Shown here: one piece after another, positions 39,264 to 49,421 of the stretch | Numbering within the stretch: the stretch's first letter is position 1 | Layout of the letters: each line of letters opens with the position of its first letter | NCBI GenBank assembly: GCA_028280485.1 | Contig: JANQLS010000048.1 | Span: forward strand, 5,577 to 69,576 | Direction: 5' to 3' | Origin: Planctomycetota bacterium | GTDB lineage: Bacteria; Planctomycetota; UBA8108; JACQVS01 | Length of the DNA stretch: 64,000 nucleotides | Notes under the pieces: generated by a model | What the model was told of the DNA's origin: nothing | Seen by the model: the letters and a program-made list of their open reading frames with translations, nothing else | Database searches by the model: none | Position numbers and translations under genes: made by a program

Positions 39264-40031
39264 ATGGGGAAAAAAGCAGTAGTTATCACTGGAGGGGTTT
39301 GTATTCTTCTGTTTTCTTTTTTAGTACCTTCCCTTGTTAAATACTATAGAATTGAGGCTCTAGTTCAGCAGCTTCATAGCACAGATCAAGAAACTCAAAG
39401 TGAAGCTATAGATCGTCTCGCCGAATATGGTCCTGAGGTGATTTCAAGATTAATTGAAGAAATTGAACAATTGCCCAAGCTTGGTGAAAAAGATGCTTGG
39501 TGGTTAAGCGTTTCAGACAGAAGCAAGACGAATAGATTGATTGACTTAAATTTGATTAAAACATTCCTTAAAATCGGAGAGTCATCTATTCCTCAATTGT
39601 TGAGACGCATTCCTTCCGAAAATTATAGATTGGAAAGTATTGCTCTTTGTGTGGTCGTTTTTCATTATTCAGAAATGGTTGACAAAGTCATGGCTGGAAA
39701 GAAGTCAATCGGAATGTGCCTCGTAGATGATGACGGTAATCCTTTTTATCACACTATGACGATGGTCGATTTTGAACCGCAGTATGTAATAAGAATTACT
39801 CAAGAAAGAGGTTCTTTTACGGGTGAACCCGACTCATCTTCCAAAGTAGTACCAAAGATTTCTTACGTTTTAAAGTGCCTCCATAAAAGTCCTTCTAAGA
39901 AAGAGGGGTTTACTCGATTGCCTGATTTGAATTTGGTGAGTGGTTTGAAATTTACTAACTTGGCTCCAGCAAGGATAGTGTTAAATGAAGTCAAATTGGC
40001 TCTTGAGCGAATTAATTTGAGTAAAAAGTGA
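39264..40031 (+). CDS. Membrane-anchored HEAT-like protein, MGKK family copy 2
   Basis: GAGG RBS. Clear alignment with 31172 and 56982. Confidence 0.87.
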   Translation: MGKKAVVITGGVCILLFSFLVPSLVKYYRIEALVQQLHSTDQETQSEAIDRLAEYGPEVISRLIEEIEQLPKLGEKDAWWLSVSDRSKTNRLIDLNLIKTFLKIGESSIPQLLRRIPSENYRLESIALCVVVFHYSEMVDKVMAGKKSIGMCLVDDDGNPFYHTMTMVDFEPQYVIRITQERGSFTGEPDSSSKVVPKISYVLKCLHKSPSKKEGFTRLPDLNLVSGLKFTNLAPARIVLNEVKLALERINLSKK

Positions 40032-40049
40032 ATGTTCTCCCTTTAGCTA

Positions 40050-40556
40050 TTACTCCGAGCCGCCTTGGTTCCAAACCCTAAGTGGGCTGATCCCAAAATT
40101 TAAATTCCAAAACCAATAAACTTGCTTATACCCTTTTTCTGCTAGTATGGAGTCGATTTCTGATGTTTGTTCGACTTCACTCTGAGGCTTAACTTTACAT
40201 AATCCGATGACTGCTTTGGTTCCGGGAGTTACATCTTGCTCAACGGTTTTTTTGAAATCTTCGAAAGTTTGACCAAAAGCCCAAAATCCGATGTAGTCGG
40301 CGTCTTCATATTGGCCCAATATTTCTATTTCTTGTTCGTACTTTAGAATCCTTTGTAGGCTTACGGGATTGTTATTTTTATCACGATTACCATTGAGTCT
40401 TATTTCTTCCAATTCTTGCATATACCATTTTTGAGTATTCGCTGCTGCCCACTTAAATGTGATTGAGTGTTCAGGTTTGTCTTCTGAGTTTTGGCAACTT
40501 ACCAAAGAGAATAAAACTGAAGCTACAAAGATTGGGCCTGAAGTATTTAGGTTCAT
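40050..40556 (-). CDS. Hypothetical lipoprotein
   Basis: LVSC lipobox. Start coupled to the upstream stop (TAATG). Confidence 0.75.
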   Translation of the reverse strand: MNLNTSGPIFVASVLFSLVSCQNSEDKPEHSITFKWAAANTQKWYMQELEEIRLNGNRDKNNNPVSLQRILKYEQEIEILGQYEDADYIGFWAFGQTFEDFKKTVEQDVTPGTKAVIGLCKVKPQSEVEQTSEIDSILAEKGYKQVYWFWNLNFGISPLRVWNQGGSE

Positions 40557-40897
40557 TAAGATTGAGATTCCGTTTCTTCATCATCTTCATCAGAAACGGG
40601 AACCATTCTCGGTTTTAGCAGCCACCTGAAAAAATCAACATGTATGAGAAGGCTGTCTAGGGCAATGTCAAAGGATAGCTCAACTAATAAAATGGGTGTT
40701 ATAGCTATGAATAAAATTCTTGAGTTTGGATCTTTATCTTGAAGTATTTCATAAGATCCAACTAAAACATTTGATACTCCTGGGTAAACTGGATACTTTT
40801 TAAAGCCTCTGGATCCCCCGCGACTTAATATCGAAACACAACCAGTAGTTGAAATTAAAACCAAGAGTAGAAAGACTAAGAGAATTTTAACTTTCAA
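40556..40897 (-). CDS. YceK/YidQ-family lipoprotein
   Basis: TTGC lipobox, VYPGV, ELSFDIALDSLL. Confidence 0.75.
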   Translation of the reverse strand: MKVKILLVFLLLVLISTTGCVSILSRGGSRGFKKYPVYPGVSNVLVGSYEILQDKDPNSRILFIAITPILLVELSFDIALDSLLIHVDFFRWLLKPRMVPVSDEDDEETESQS

Positions 40898-40986
40898 ATT
40901 CTGGCCCTGCCCATTTTTTTGTTTATGATAAATTTAGTTATACTTTGTTCCATAGCCTAACCGAATTAGTAAGAAAAGACCAAAAA

Positions 40987-41322
40987 GTGAAAATTATAAT
41001 TCTGGTTACGTCAATCCTATTTTTACCAGGTTGTTTAAGCGTTCAAATGACCTACTACACTTATCCTCTTCCGATTCAAAGTTATCGGGGGACTGTTAGT
41101 CACGTCAGTCACTTTCCTTTATATCGAAAGACAGCCCCTGGGTATCGTTTGTACGGGCCCTTCATCATGGTTGTCGTAGGTCAGTCCTTTGTTGACTTAT
41201 GCTTATGTGCGGGTTTGGATACTCTTCTTCTTCCAGCGACCTTGCCTGTAGATATTTATGGCATTTTTTATCCAGATGATTTTGAGTATTATCGTGCCAG
41301 AGCTATGTCAGAGGATTGGTAG
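40987..41322 (+). CDS. YceK/YidQ-family lipoprotein
   Basis: LPGC lipobox, YRGT, DLCLCAGLDTLLLP. Likely GTG start at 40987. Confidence 0.78.
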   Translation: MKIIILVTSILFLPGCLSVQMTYYTYPLPIQSYRGTVSHVSHFPLYRKTAPGYRLYGPFIMVVVGQSFVDLCLCAGLDTLLLPATLPVDIYGIFYPDDFEYYRARAMSEDW

Positions 41323-41564
41323 TGATTTTAAATATTTAGAACTTAAGAAATTAAGCTTCAAACAGAACATTCTCAGAGTTAAATAATATCGAGTGAATGC
41401 AGGGCTCTATGATTGGATTTATGGTAATTGAATCTCCGCGATGAACTTACTACCTGTTAGGGTGATATTGAAACGTAGTAGGTTGAAGAAAAATAAATTA
41501 CTACTCGTTAGATTATAGATACGATCTTTTCCTTCTGTTAGAGAGATAAACTATTCTTACTTCG

Positions 41565-42080
41565 ATGAAAAGAAAACTAATCTTAGGAGCTGTGATTGCC
41601 TTTCTCATTAGCGCGTTGTCCTCGGCGTGTTATATTTACCGCTCAAGTATCAAAAAGAAATATTGGTATTATAGATTATTGAATTGTAAATCCTATTCGG
41701 GCTGCGAAGAAGCAAGTGATGGGTATTTCAAGAATTGTTCTGTTGATGATTTTGAAAAAGTAGTATCAAATTTTTTACCTAATCTAAATAAATTTGATTG
41801 GGAGATTGTTCAATTCCAGTGGGGTTTAGGTATTAGTGCAAATGAAATTGATGCCGGGTTTATTGATGATCCTCAAATACGGTGGGGGAAAATTACATAT
41901 GAAAAATATGTCGACAAGTATCGAAGTGAGTTAATTCATAAGGGAAATAAATATATAAAGATGAAAGAGATAAAGAATAAGGCCATTGGTATTTGCATAT
42001 TGTTTAAAAGCATTGAAGAAGCTAAAGGCCATTTGAAAGGGATAAAGCACAGTATCCACAAGGGGGAGATTTTAGAGTAG
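41565..42080 (+). CDS. Membrane-anchored protein, YWIWKL family
   Basis: TM, IKKKYWYYRLLNC....C, C-terminal KAIGICILF. Confidence 0.78.
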   Translation: MKRKLILGAVIAFLISALSSACYIYRSSIKKKYWYYRLLNCKSYSGCEEASDGYFKNCSVDDFEKVVSNFLPNLNKFDWEIVQFQWGLGISANEIDAGFIDDPQIRWGKITYEKYVDKYRSELIHKGNKYIKMKEIKNKAIGICILFKSIEEAKGHLKGIKHSIHKGEILE

Positions 42081-42189
42081 AGTTCGAGTATCAAATTAAA
42101 TAGATCTTAAGTGAGCCCGTTGCTTGAGCGCCTTACTAGGTAGAGGTTTTGTCAGCTCACTCTAATAATTTTTAATGAGGCCTCTAAAT

Positions 42190-42651
42190 TTATTTATTAC
42201 TCTTTTCTGGAGCTTCAATCTGGGATAAGGAATTCTTTAACTTCAACGATTTTAAAATCAGAATCCAACACCTATCAATGAGAATACCAATAATTAAAGT
42301 AGGAATACTCCAGATGAATAATCCTAAGCTGTAAGTATAGGTTAGTGGGCTATTAAATGTACCATGAAATATATGAGATCCGACAAACTGAATATTAACC
42401 ATCAACCAACCGCCAAGTGAAGAGTACAGACAAGTAAATGGCCTTTGATTAAAATGGGAATAAATTGATCCAGAGATTGAACCCAGAACGATTACGAATA
42501 AAAAGGAAGCAATTGAACTGAAGTGTAAGCTGTCATTTAATGCTGAGCTTAAAATCGCAATAATCAAGGTCATTCCAATTGTAATGAGGAGACCAGGAAT
42601 TGTATGAAGGTTTCTAATGGTTCTCTGAATGGAATGAACTAAAAATATCAC
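42190..42651 (-). CDS. Four-TM membrane protein
   Basis: Four hydrophobic helices. Start uncertain. Confidence 0.65.
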   Translation of the reverse strand: MIFLVHSIQRTIRNLHTIPGLLITIGMTLIIAILSSALNDSLHFSSIASFLFVIVLGSISGSIYSHFNQRPFTCLYSSLGGWLMVNIQFVGSHIFHGTFNSPLTYTYSLGLFIWSIPTLIIGILIDRCWILILKSLKLKNSLSQIEAPEKSNK

Positions 42652-42723
42652 TGATAGTTTGATCCAATGGTAGTAGGGATGGGGTAATTTTTTTGAATTG
42701 CCTTAAATGTGTGATCAAGTGAA

Positions 42724-43437
42724 CTACTCACGTATCTCCTCTCGAAGCGGACGAACGTGTGACGGGATGTCCTCTGGATCAATGTCATTGAGCCTCTCTA
42801 CATTGAAGTAACCCCGATAGCCAAAGAGCTTTCCCCAAATGCGATTTCGAACGTCCACTTCAATACCGAATTGACCTTTCTTTTCATCAAACCATTCGTG
42901 TACGTTTGCAAATCCTGTGAATATTCCAGGGAATCTAAAGGCTAATGGACCTTCGTAGAATCGTTGTTCCCCTGATCTGATTTTTATCCCTCTGACCTCA
43001 CTCACACTGAACTCTAAATCAACTGCTAAGTGTTGGTGGTCTCCAAGGTAGTCGACAATACGATTTCGTTGATTGCTATATATCATAGTAGCGTCGAACC
43101 GCCTCGTCTTGCGAGCGTTAAATGTCCGCACCCAGGTTACAGTTTCACGCCCAAATCGATCTATATAAGCGTAGTTTTCAATTTTAAATGGAATACCACA
43201 ACCTTTCTCTGGGAACATGATCTTACGCCAAGTGCCAAGGTACAAAAATGGCAGAGTATATAAAGGGCCATGCCAGATTTTTTCCATGACGCCGCGCCCA
43301 ATTAAGGCGCAGCGATCGTTACTATTAAATCCGAATCGCTCACGAATTTTTGGGTGGAGCTTTGAAAAATTTTCAAACCCCATTGCTTGTTCGTAAATAG
43401 AACAATGTGAATTTTGAATAGGTGAGGTATCGCTCAA
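42724..43437 (-). CDS. DUF4166 (YndH-like) protein
   Basis: SIY..AMG..F..LHP.I.ERF...G.G.M...PE.G..IPF.IENY.Y.D..GRETVTW.RTF...RRFDATM...DYLG.HQHLAVDL. Confidence 0.88.
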   Translation of the reverse strand: MSDTSPIQNSHCSIYEQAMGFENFSKLHPKIRERFGFNSNDRCALIGRGVMEKIWHGPLYTLPFLYLGTWRKIMFPEKGCGIPFKIENYAYIDRFGRETVTWVRTFNARKTRRFDATMIYSNQRNRIVDYLGDHQHLAVDLEFSVSEVRGIKIRSGEQRFYEGPLAFRFPGIFTGFANVHEWFDEKKGQFGIEVDVRNRIWGKLFGYRGYFNVERLNDIDPEDIPSHVRPLREEIRE

Positions 43438-44357
43438 TCTGATTTCCTCTCAGATTCAGGTTTTTTCCGGAGGCAGCTTCGCGCAGTAGGCAGATCCCTT
43501 TTGAGAATTAGCGCAATCACAGCGAGTGTGAAAAGCTGAACATTGAGAGTGACTGGATTGAATGCTGAAATCAAGTACTGAGGAGAATTCACAGCAACTC
43601 CGATGGTGGCGATGATCATAAAGATGAGAGTAGCCCATAAAGGAGCGACCCAACGCCAGAGGCACAGAACTACAAGGCCAAAAACTATTTCGATGATTCC
43701 TACCGTACTAACGAGTAGATTCGCCAATTCGGAATTGATCCCTGCGTCCGTGAACATTGCCAATTCATCGGGGTGATTAAAAATAAGTTTTGGTATAAGC
43801 CCATGCCATATCCAGACAAACCCTAATGTGCTACGGGCAAGTCCGTATCCGATGAACTGACGCAAGGTGCTGTCTGGGTGTTGTGCGTGCTCCAACCAAC
43901 GACGAAGACGATCAAAACTCCAGGCAGTTGCCCAGCCCATAATGGGTCGAAAGATAAGTTTATCAAAACATCGTCCCATCAACCCGAATCGAACTTTGTA
44001 ATCATAGAGTGTTATGAATCGAACCGAGTCACCGGCCTGCAAGTACTTCCAGTATCCTGAACCTTCACGAATAAGAGAGAGTTTGTCATCAGACCAAAAT
44101 CGAAGTGCGGAAGATTTTGAATCAAGGGATGTGCTTTCCCCTTTGGACTCACCTTTTCCAGCTATTTCAATTCCAAAGCCAATTCGTGTTTTATAAAGAA
44201 AGTTCTGAAGCTCGCTACTGTTTGTCACCGGTAGGTAATTGATTTCAGAAAAACGTAAATCCCAACGTTCGTGGAGTTCTGGACTTTGAGTATATTTCCA
44301 GATTTTTTCCATAGGCACATTCATCAGAATTTCGACATAAATGGATCGAGATGACAT
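43434..44357 (-). CDS. SRPBCC-like + DoxX-like family protein (YndG-like)
   Basis: IYVEI.....E.IW..TQ.P.LHERWDLRFS.I...WATAWSFDRLR.WLE, then WIWHGLIPKL...FNPVTLN. Overlaps the DUF4166 gene. Confidence 0.88.
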   Translation of the reverse strand: MSSRSIYVEILMNVPMEKIWKYTQSPELHERWDLRFSEINYLPVTNSSELQNFLYKTRIGFGIEIAGKGESKGESTSLDSKSSALRFWSDDKLSLIREGSGYWKYLQAGDSVRFITLYDYKVRFGLMGRCFDKLIFRPIMGWATAWSFDRLRRWLEHAQHPDSTLRQFIGYGLARSTLGFVWIWHGLIPKLIFNHPDELAMFTDAGINSELANLLVSTVGIIEIVFGLVVLCLWRWVAPLWATLIFMIIATIGVAVNSPQYLISAFNPVTLNVQLFTLAVIALILKRDLPTARSCLRKKPESERKSD

Positions 44358-44618
44358 AGATGGACCTTTTGCTGAACTTTTCCTGAGGATCGCAAATTTT
44401 TAGTGCTATGGTTTGCCGTTCTACCCTAGCCACTGAATTGATGGAAATCATGAAGATCTGAAGATAAGTTTGAGTCCCAAAACTCGGGCATTTAAAATTC
44501 ATAGAGAACGGGACTGATTTATTACTTTCACAAAACCGTATAGTAATTTAAAAATTAACATCAGAATTTATCTTAATTCGGTTTAGAAGCATGAAAGGAT
44601 TTTTTAGTTTAATCTTAA

Positions 44619-45450
44619 ATGAAATCTAAGCTCCGAATACTCATCTTCCTCATCGCAGGTCTTGTAACCTTAGCAACCCTCGGAACTGTAGCTATCTACT
44701 GACAATCCCTAGTCGCCTGGTACGAGTTCCAGCGTGAGTTTGAGAAGTTACCTGTTAGCGTGCAGGGCCTCCCTGAGTACAAGCATCGTCAGACGGGGAT
44801 CATCTTCGATAAGGTTCCTGGTGGGACGTTTATGATGGGGAGTCCGGAGGATGAGGTGGGGCGTAAACCAGATGACGGTCCCCAGCATGAGATCACCCTT
44901 TCATCTTTTCTCATAGGTAAGTATGAAATTTCACAAGAGCAGTGGGAAAGTGTGATGGACTCAAATCCTTCTCTATTTAAAGGTAGAGATCTCCCCGTTG
45001 AGAATATTTGCTGGGACGACATCCAAAAATTTAGGGAGGAGACTCAGTTAGTACTTCCGACTGAAGCTCAATGGGAGTATGCCTGCCGGGCAGGATCGAC
45101 GAGTTCATACACTTTTGGAAAAACAATCTCAAATAAAGATGCGAATTTGAAGAATGAATCCAAGTAGCATTAATACATCCGGGCAGAAATTCGCGGGAAA
45201 AACCATGCCAGTGAATCGATTTAAACCTAATCGCTTTGGGATGCATCAAATGCATGGAAATGTAGCGGAATGGTGTGAAGACTTAACTCAAACCCGTAGT
45301 ATTTTTGGAGGCTTAAGAAACAACCGTATTGTTCGGGGTGGGAGTTTTTATCAAACAACCTCTGAGAATCGCTCTGCTTCAAGAAGTTCTATGCGTCAAG
45401 GGGCTCGATCTCCAATGGTCGGCTTCCGCCCGGTCTGGAATCTGAAGTAG
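44619..45450 (+). pseudogene. Membrane-anchored FGE-sulfatase domain gene with a nonsense mutation and a frameshift
   Basis: ATG 44619 MKSKLRILIFL...AIY*QSLVAWYEF has TGA at 44700 where paralogs have W. Frameshift near 45150 joins ORFs 44760 and 45154. Confidence 0.85.
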
Positions 45451-45529
45451 GGGAGAGGAAGGGAGGTAAAGTAAAATTTAGAGAACGACACTGTTTACTT
45501 ATTGAGCTACAAGGTAACAGGAGCTTTGT

Positions 45530-45814
45530 TTGATGGGTGCACTCTTATATTTTTTTGGAATGTTGTCAGTGGCCTGTGGAATTTTAAGTATTTTACTCGG
45601 CTATTTGAGGTTGTTGTATGTTGCATTTGAAACGGTCACCGAAAAGGGGCAGGACAAGGGTGTGTTACTACTTTATTTAATTTTGCCGTTTATGTTGATT
45701 CACTTTATATTCAATAATTGGAAAGAGGCGAGTCTTCCCTTTTCTCTTTGTTGCTTTGGATTAACATTAATATTTATTGGCTCTTTGTCTGTTGGATTCG
45801 CATGGTACTTTTGA
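45530..45814 (+). CDS. Small three-TM protein
   Basis: AGGAG RBS. AF...L..ILPF..I.FI..NWKEA..PF motif. Confidence 0.75.
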   Translation: MMGALLYFFGMLSVACGILSILLGYLRLLYVAFETVTEKGQDKGVLLLYLILPFMLIHFIFNNWKEASLPFSLCCFGLTLIFIGSLSVGFAWYF

Positions 45815-45948
45815 GGGGATAAGGATTATTTTGGCGGTTTAAGATTTTACTAATCAGGGCACACCCTTTTGTGGAATGTCTATGTCTTGGTGATTAACTG
45901 TGTGTGGTCTATCAGTCAGTAGAAATTTTTAGCATTAAAGTTCATCTA

Positions 45949-46956
45949 ATGAAGAACCTGTTCATGTTACTTGTTTTAATACTTGTATTTGTTGCCGGAT
46001 GTCAATCAGAGGGCAAAACTCGTCTTGAATCAGCTCAAGAATATTTGAACTCAAGAACCGATGTATCGCAGGAAATCAAGGATGCAATACTAAAGGGGAG
46101 AGTCTTAATTGGGATGTACCCCGATGAAGCCTACTATGCAGCAGGGCATTTTGTGTACGAAATCACCGGGCAGCCGGAAGGAGTGTTTCCTCCGGACGTT
46201 ATTTTCTCACAACGTCAAAATCCTGACCCTAATATCGTCATCACACTCCGATTTAATAATACGAGCCAGTTTGAATCTAAATATTCTGTGCCATTCAAAG
46301 TCGTCTTTCGAAAAGGTCGAGCCACGGAGATCGTCAAAAATGAAGACGAAGAGGAATCACTGGATGATTTACCTCATTGTAAATCAAACCTTGAAATGGA
46401 AGTATTAGATAGAATATCTCATGTGTACCATCCCCAGAAAGGAATTGGAGCTGATCCTGAGCAGGTCATCCCCAAGCTCATAAATTTATTGGAAAATCAA
46501 ATGAAGCAAGAACAGGCATCGGTCGCCTTAGGTAGAGTTGGAAAACCTGCTGTTCCGAGTCTCATTCGAGCTTTGTCTCATCGCGATTTTATGGTTCGGC
46601 AATACGCTAGTAATGCTTTGGCCTCAATCGGAAAAGAAGCAGGAGGAGCTATCCCTGCACTTAGAAATCTTTTAAAGAGTGAGAGTAATAGTGACAAAAA
46701 AATTGCTGCTATAGCTTTGGGATTTATTGGTTCAGAATCGAAAAACGCAGTTCCAGACATAATAGAATTACTTCGTAATCGCCCAGTCTTTGTCAGGTAT
46801 TCCGCCGCAAAGGCACTCGGTCTAATTGGAGATGCTAGAGCCATCTCTGCTTTAGAAGCTGCGACTAATGACGAGGACGATTATGTTCGTCGCATAGTGA
46901 AAGCAGCGTTAAAGAGGCTCAGGAGTTCGATTCAGAAGCCAGTTGAGGGGAGCTAG
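45949..46956 (+). CDS. Lipoprotein with C-terminal HEAT repeats
   Basis: VAGC lipobox. A..ALG.IG..A..AVP.LI..L repeats. Confidence 0.88.
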   Translation: MKNLFMLLVLILVFVAGCQSEGKTRLESAQEYLNSRTDVSQEIKDAILKGRVLIGMYPDEAYYAAGHFVYEITGQPEGVFPPDVIFSQRQNPDPNIVITLRFNNTSQFESKYSVPFKVVFRKGRATEIVKNEDEEESLDDLPHCKSNLEMEVLDRISHVYHPQKGIGADPEQVIPKLINLLENQMKQEQASVALGRVGKPAVPSLIRALSHRDFMVRQYASNALASIGKEAGGAIPALRNLLKSESNSDKKIAAIALGFIGSESKNAVPDIIELLRNRPVFVRYSAAKALGLIGDARAISALEAATNDEDDYVRRIVKAALKRLRSSIQKPVEGS

Positions 46957-47040
46957 TAGCTCATGTGAATTGGCGGTTTCCGTCGCTCTGGGACTGGACT
47001 GAGAATGATTTATAAGATTAACTGTAATTAAGAACAAAAC

Positions 47041-47586
47041 ATGAATAGAAGTGACTGGAGTCTTCCCATAGAACTTGATGACCTCATCCTCCGCCGTGCG
47101 GATGAACGAGATACAGAAGCTTTATGCAAACTTTACTCTGAACCTGAGGTTTGTCGATACCAATTTTGGACTTCCGAACAATTCCAAGAAGGGATTCTTG
47201 AAGAGGAATTTGAAGTTGGAGCTCCAGGTGTTCCTCTTTTTCTCGCAATTATCTCCAAAGAGCACGGTGGCTTGATTGGGGATTGCCAGCTAACAATTGA
47301 AAGCTCAGAATCTCGCCAGGGGGAGATCGGTTTCTCGTTGCACCCCTCATTCTGGGGGCGTGGATACGCAACCCGTGCCGTTGGGGCTACCTTCGGATTT
47401 GGATTTGATTTTCTGGATCTTCACCGTATCTATGGAGCAACCGACATCCGAAACGAACGGTGTTGGCGCCTTATGGAGCGTGTGGGAATGCGAAGAGAAG
47501 CACACTTCCAAGAAGACAACTTCTATAATGATGAGTGGTTGAGTTCATACGTTTATGCGATACTCAAAAAAGAGTGGTCTGGATGA
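47041..47586 (+). CDS. GNAT acetyltransferase (RimJ/RimL type)
   Basis: L.LR...D..AL..L...EIGFSLHP.FWGRGYAT.A....F..L.LHRI....D.RN....RLMER.GMRREA. Confidence 0.93.
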   Translation: MNRSDWSLPIELDDLILRRADERDTEALCKLYSEPEVCRYQFWTSEQFQEGILEEEFEVGAPGVPLFLAIISKEHGGLIGDCQLTIESSESRQGEIGFSLHPSFWGRGYATRAVGATFGFGFDFLDLHRIYGATDIRNERCWRLMERVGMRREAHFQEDNFYNDEWLSSYVYAILKKEWSG

Positions 47587-47729
47587 CTCTATTATCTGGT
47601 TCACTTCAAATTTAACGTTATTGTTAGCAAATCTGAATTCAATTACCTTCCGTTTAAAAATCAAATTGAAAGTGAGAATGGTGGGCTAGGCAGCCCCGTG
47701 ATTTTCTTTTAAATCGTAAGGCTATTAAA

Positions 47730-49259
47730 ATGAAGGTAAAGTCCCATCACTTGTTTTTGATTTATATCTTCTTCTTTGGTTGCTCTGAAATAGATGATAG
47801 TAAAATTGACGAAGATGAACCTGGAGCTAAAAAATCGTTACATTCAAAATCGATACAGATCTTAGATGCTTTTGGTCGTGATATAAATAATAAATCAATA
47901 AAGCTTGTTGATTGGGAAGGGTATCTCGCTAATCCATCAATAGAGCTTACTATCAAAAATCACCATAAAAGCAAATTAAAGGTACATCTTACGACGAATA
48001 GTTCTTTTGCTTATTTTAATCTACCTTCAACAATTTCTGAGAATAGATCCTATAAATTAATTCAGTTCTTAAGCAGTGATGAATTTAAAAAATTTAAAAT
48101 TGGCCTATACCCTGATTCAAACTCTATTAACGAAAAATTAAAGCTAACTATTAAGATTGAATCAAAAGATAAAGCGATTTCCTTTTTTTCAATCCCAATA
48201 GAAATTTATGATCAGGATAAAGGGGAAGAGAAATACAACTTTGAGATACGTGCTGATTATTCAATGGATAGTCGGAATTTTTTAGATGAACCCATTAAGA
48301 GGAATGCCATACAAAAAGCCTTAAATTCATGGGCCTATTTTATTGATGGATCAGAATTTCAAATTACCTCAAAGGAGCAGGAAAAAACTTGGGTATGGAT
48401 AGATAAAAACTTCCTCAAGGGGCGCGTCATTCCTAATGTTCAGGAGTTTAGCGGATTCCTTCTGTATGTTTATGGATACTATAATTCTGAAATTCGGGCT
48501 GCAGGAGAGTCCACAGAATATTCAGGATTCCAAAGAAATAGTAATAATGAAATGTTGAAGTTAAGGAAATCTGGAAGTGTTTCTTTTGATATTCGAGGCA
48601 ATTGGGATAAATCAGGTTGGTATTATTTGTTGGATGAAGAGGATTGGTGGAAAATTGAGAATTTTTCAGGAGAACAAAAAGATTTATTTTCAGTAGCACT
48701 TCATGAAGTTGGTCATGCGATTGGTTTTAATAAGAGTTATCCAGAGTTTAAAAAAATGCTTCAACAAGGATTTGTAATCTCTCCACAAATTCAAAGTTAT
48801 TTCAAAGGTGCCATTGAAATTGACCAAAAAACAGAACACTTTTCTGATCAAATTGACCCAGAAAGTGGTAACGGTTTATTTGGTAACCACTTTGGTGGAG
48901 AAATGCCAAGAAAGAGATGGTTAATTACGAAATCAGATCTCTTAATACTACAGGCGGTGGGATATAAGCTGAAAGAATTTGATTATCTGAAAAAGTTTAA
49001 AGTCGAGTATCCTTCAAAAATAGAAATTGTGAGGTCTCAGGAAATTCGATTCACCCCTAAAATAGCAGGCGGGATACCTGGGTACTTGTTTGAGATTTCA
49101 AAAGGTGTATTACCAGATGGCATTAGAATCAACTCTTTTACTGGAGTCATTTTTGGTAAAACTGAGAAGCGGGGTACATTTCAAATAGAAGTAAAGGCTC
49201 AGGATCACTCCGTTAACAAGCATAGCGATTCAGTAAATATTATTATTGTCGTAAAGTGA
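47730..49259 (+). CDS. Lipoprotein zinc metalloprotease (HEXXHXXG) with C-terminal putative Ig (He_PIG) domain
   Basis: FFGC lipobox, DL.SVALHEVGHAIGF, GG.P.Y.F....G.LP.G..I...TG.I.G.....G.F...V...D. Confidence 0.85.
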   Translation: MKVKSHHLFLIYIFFFGCSEIDDSKIDEDEPGAKKSLHSKSIQILDAFGRDINNKSIKLVDWEGYLANPSIELTIKNHHKSKLKVHLTTNSSFAYFNLPSTISENRSYKLIQFLSSDEFKKFKIGLYPDSNSINEKLKLTIKIESKDKAISFFSIPIEIYDQDKGEEKYNFEIRADYSMDSRNFLDEPIKRNAIQKALNSWAYFIDGSEFQITSKEQEKTWVWIDKNFLKGRVIPNVQEFSGFLLYVYGYYNSEIRAAGESTEYSGFQRNSNNEMLKLRKSGSVSFDIRGNWDKSGWYYLLDEEDWWKIENFSGEQKDLFSVALHEVGHAIGFNKSYPEFKKMLQQGFVISPQIQSYFKGAIEIDQKTEHFSDQIDPESGNGLFGNHFGGEMPRKRWLITKSDLLILQAVGYKLKEFDYLKKFKVEYPSKIEIVRSQEIRFTPKIAGGIPGYLFEISKGVLPDGIRINSFTGVIFGKTEKRGTFQIEVKAQDHSVNKHSDSVNIIIVVK

Positions 49260-49421
49260 TTTTGAATTAGATCTCATTGCTTTCTGAACCTTTTCGTTCC
49301 GTCTTCTAAAGCTCGAATCTCAACTACTCCCTCCTCCCGGTTTTATATTGACCATAAAGTTGGTCCTAAATTTTATTGAAGCATGAATTCGAATGGAGTC
49401 CATATCATTCTCTTATAGACA

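Noticed and set aside
4670-45450. Stop-codon reassignment (TGA or TAG read as sense), suggested by in-frame stops in IS3 orfB, 21040 and 44700
   Set aside because: The stops replace different expected residues (Arg, Leu, Trp), the FGE gene is also frameshifted, and many intact genes end normally in TGA and TAG. Ordinary decay explains it.
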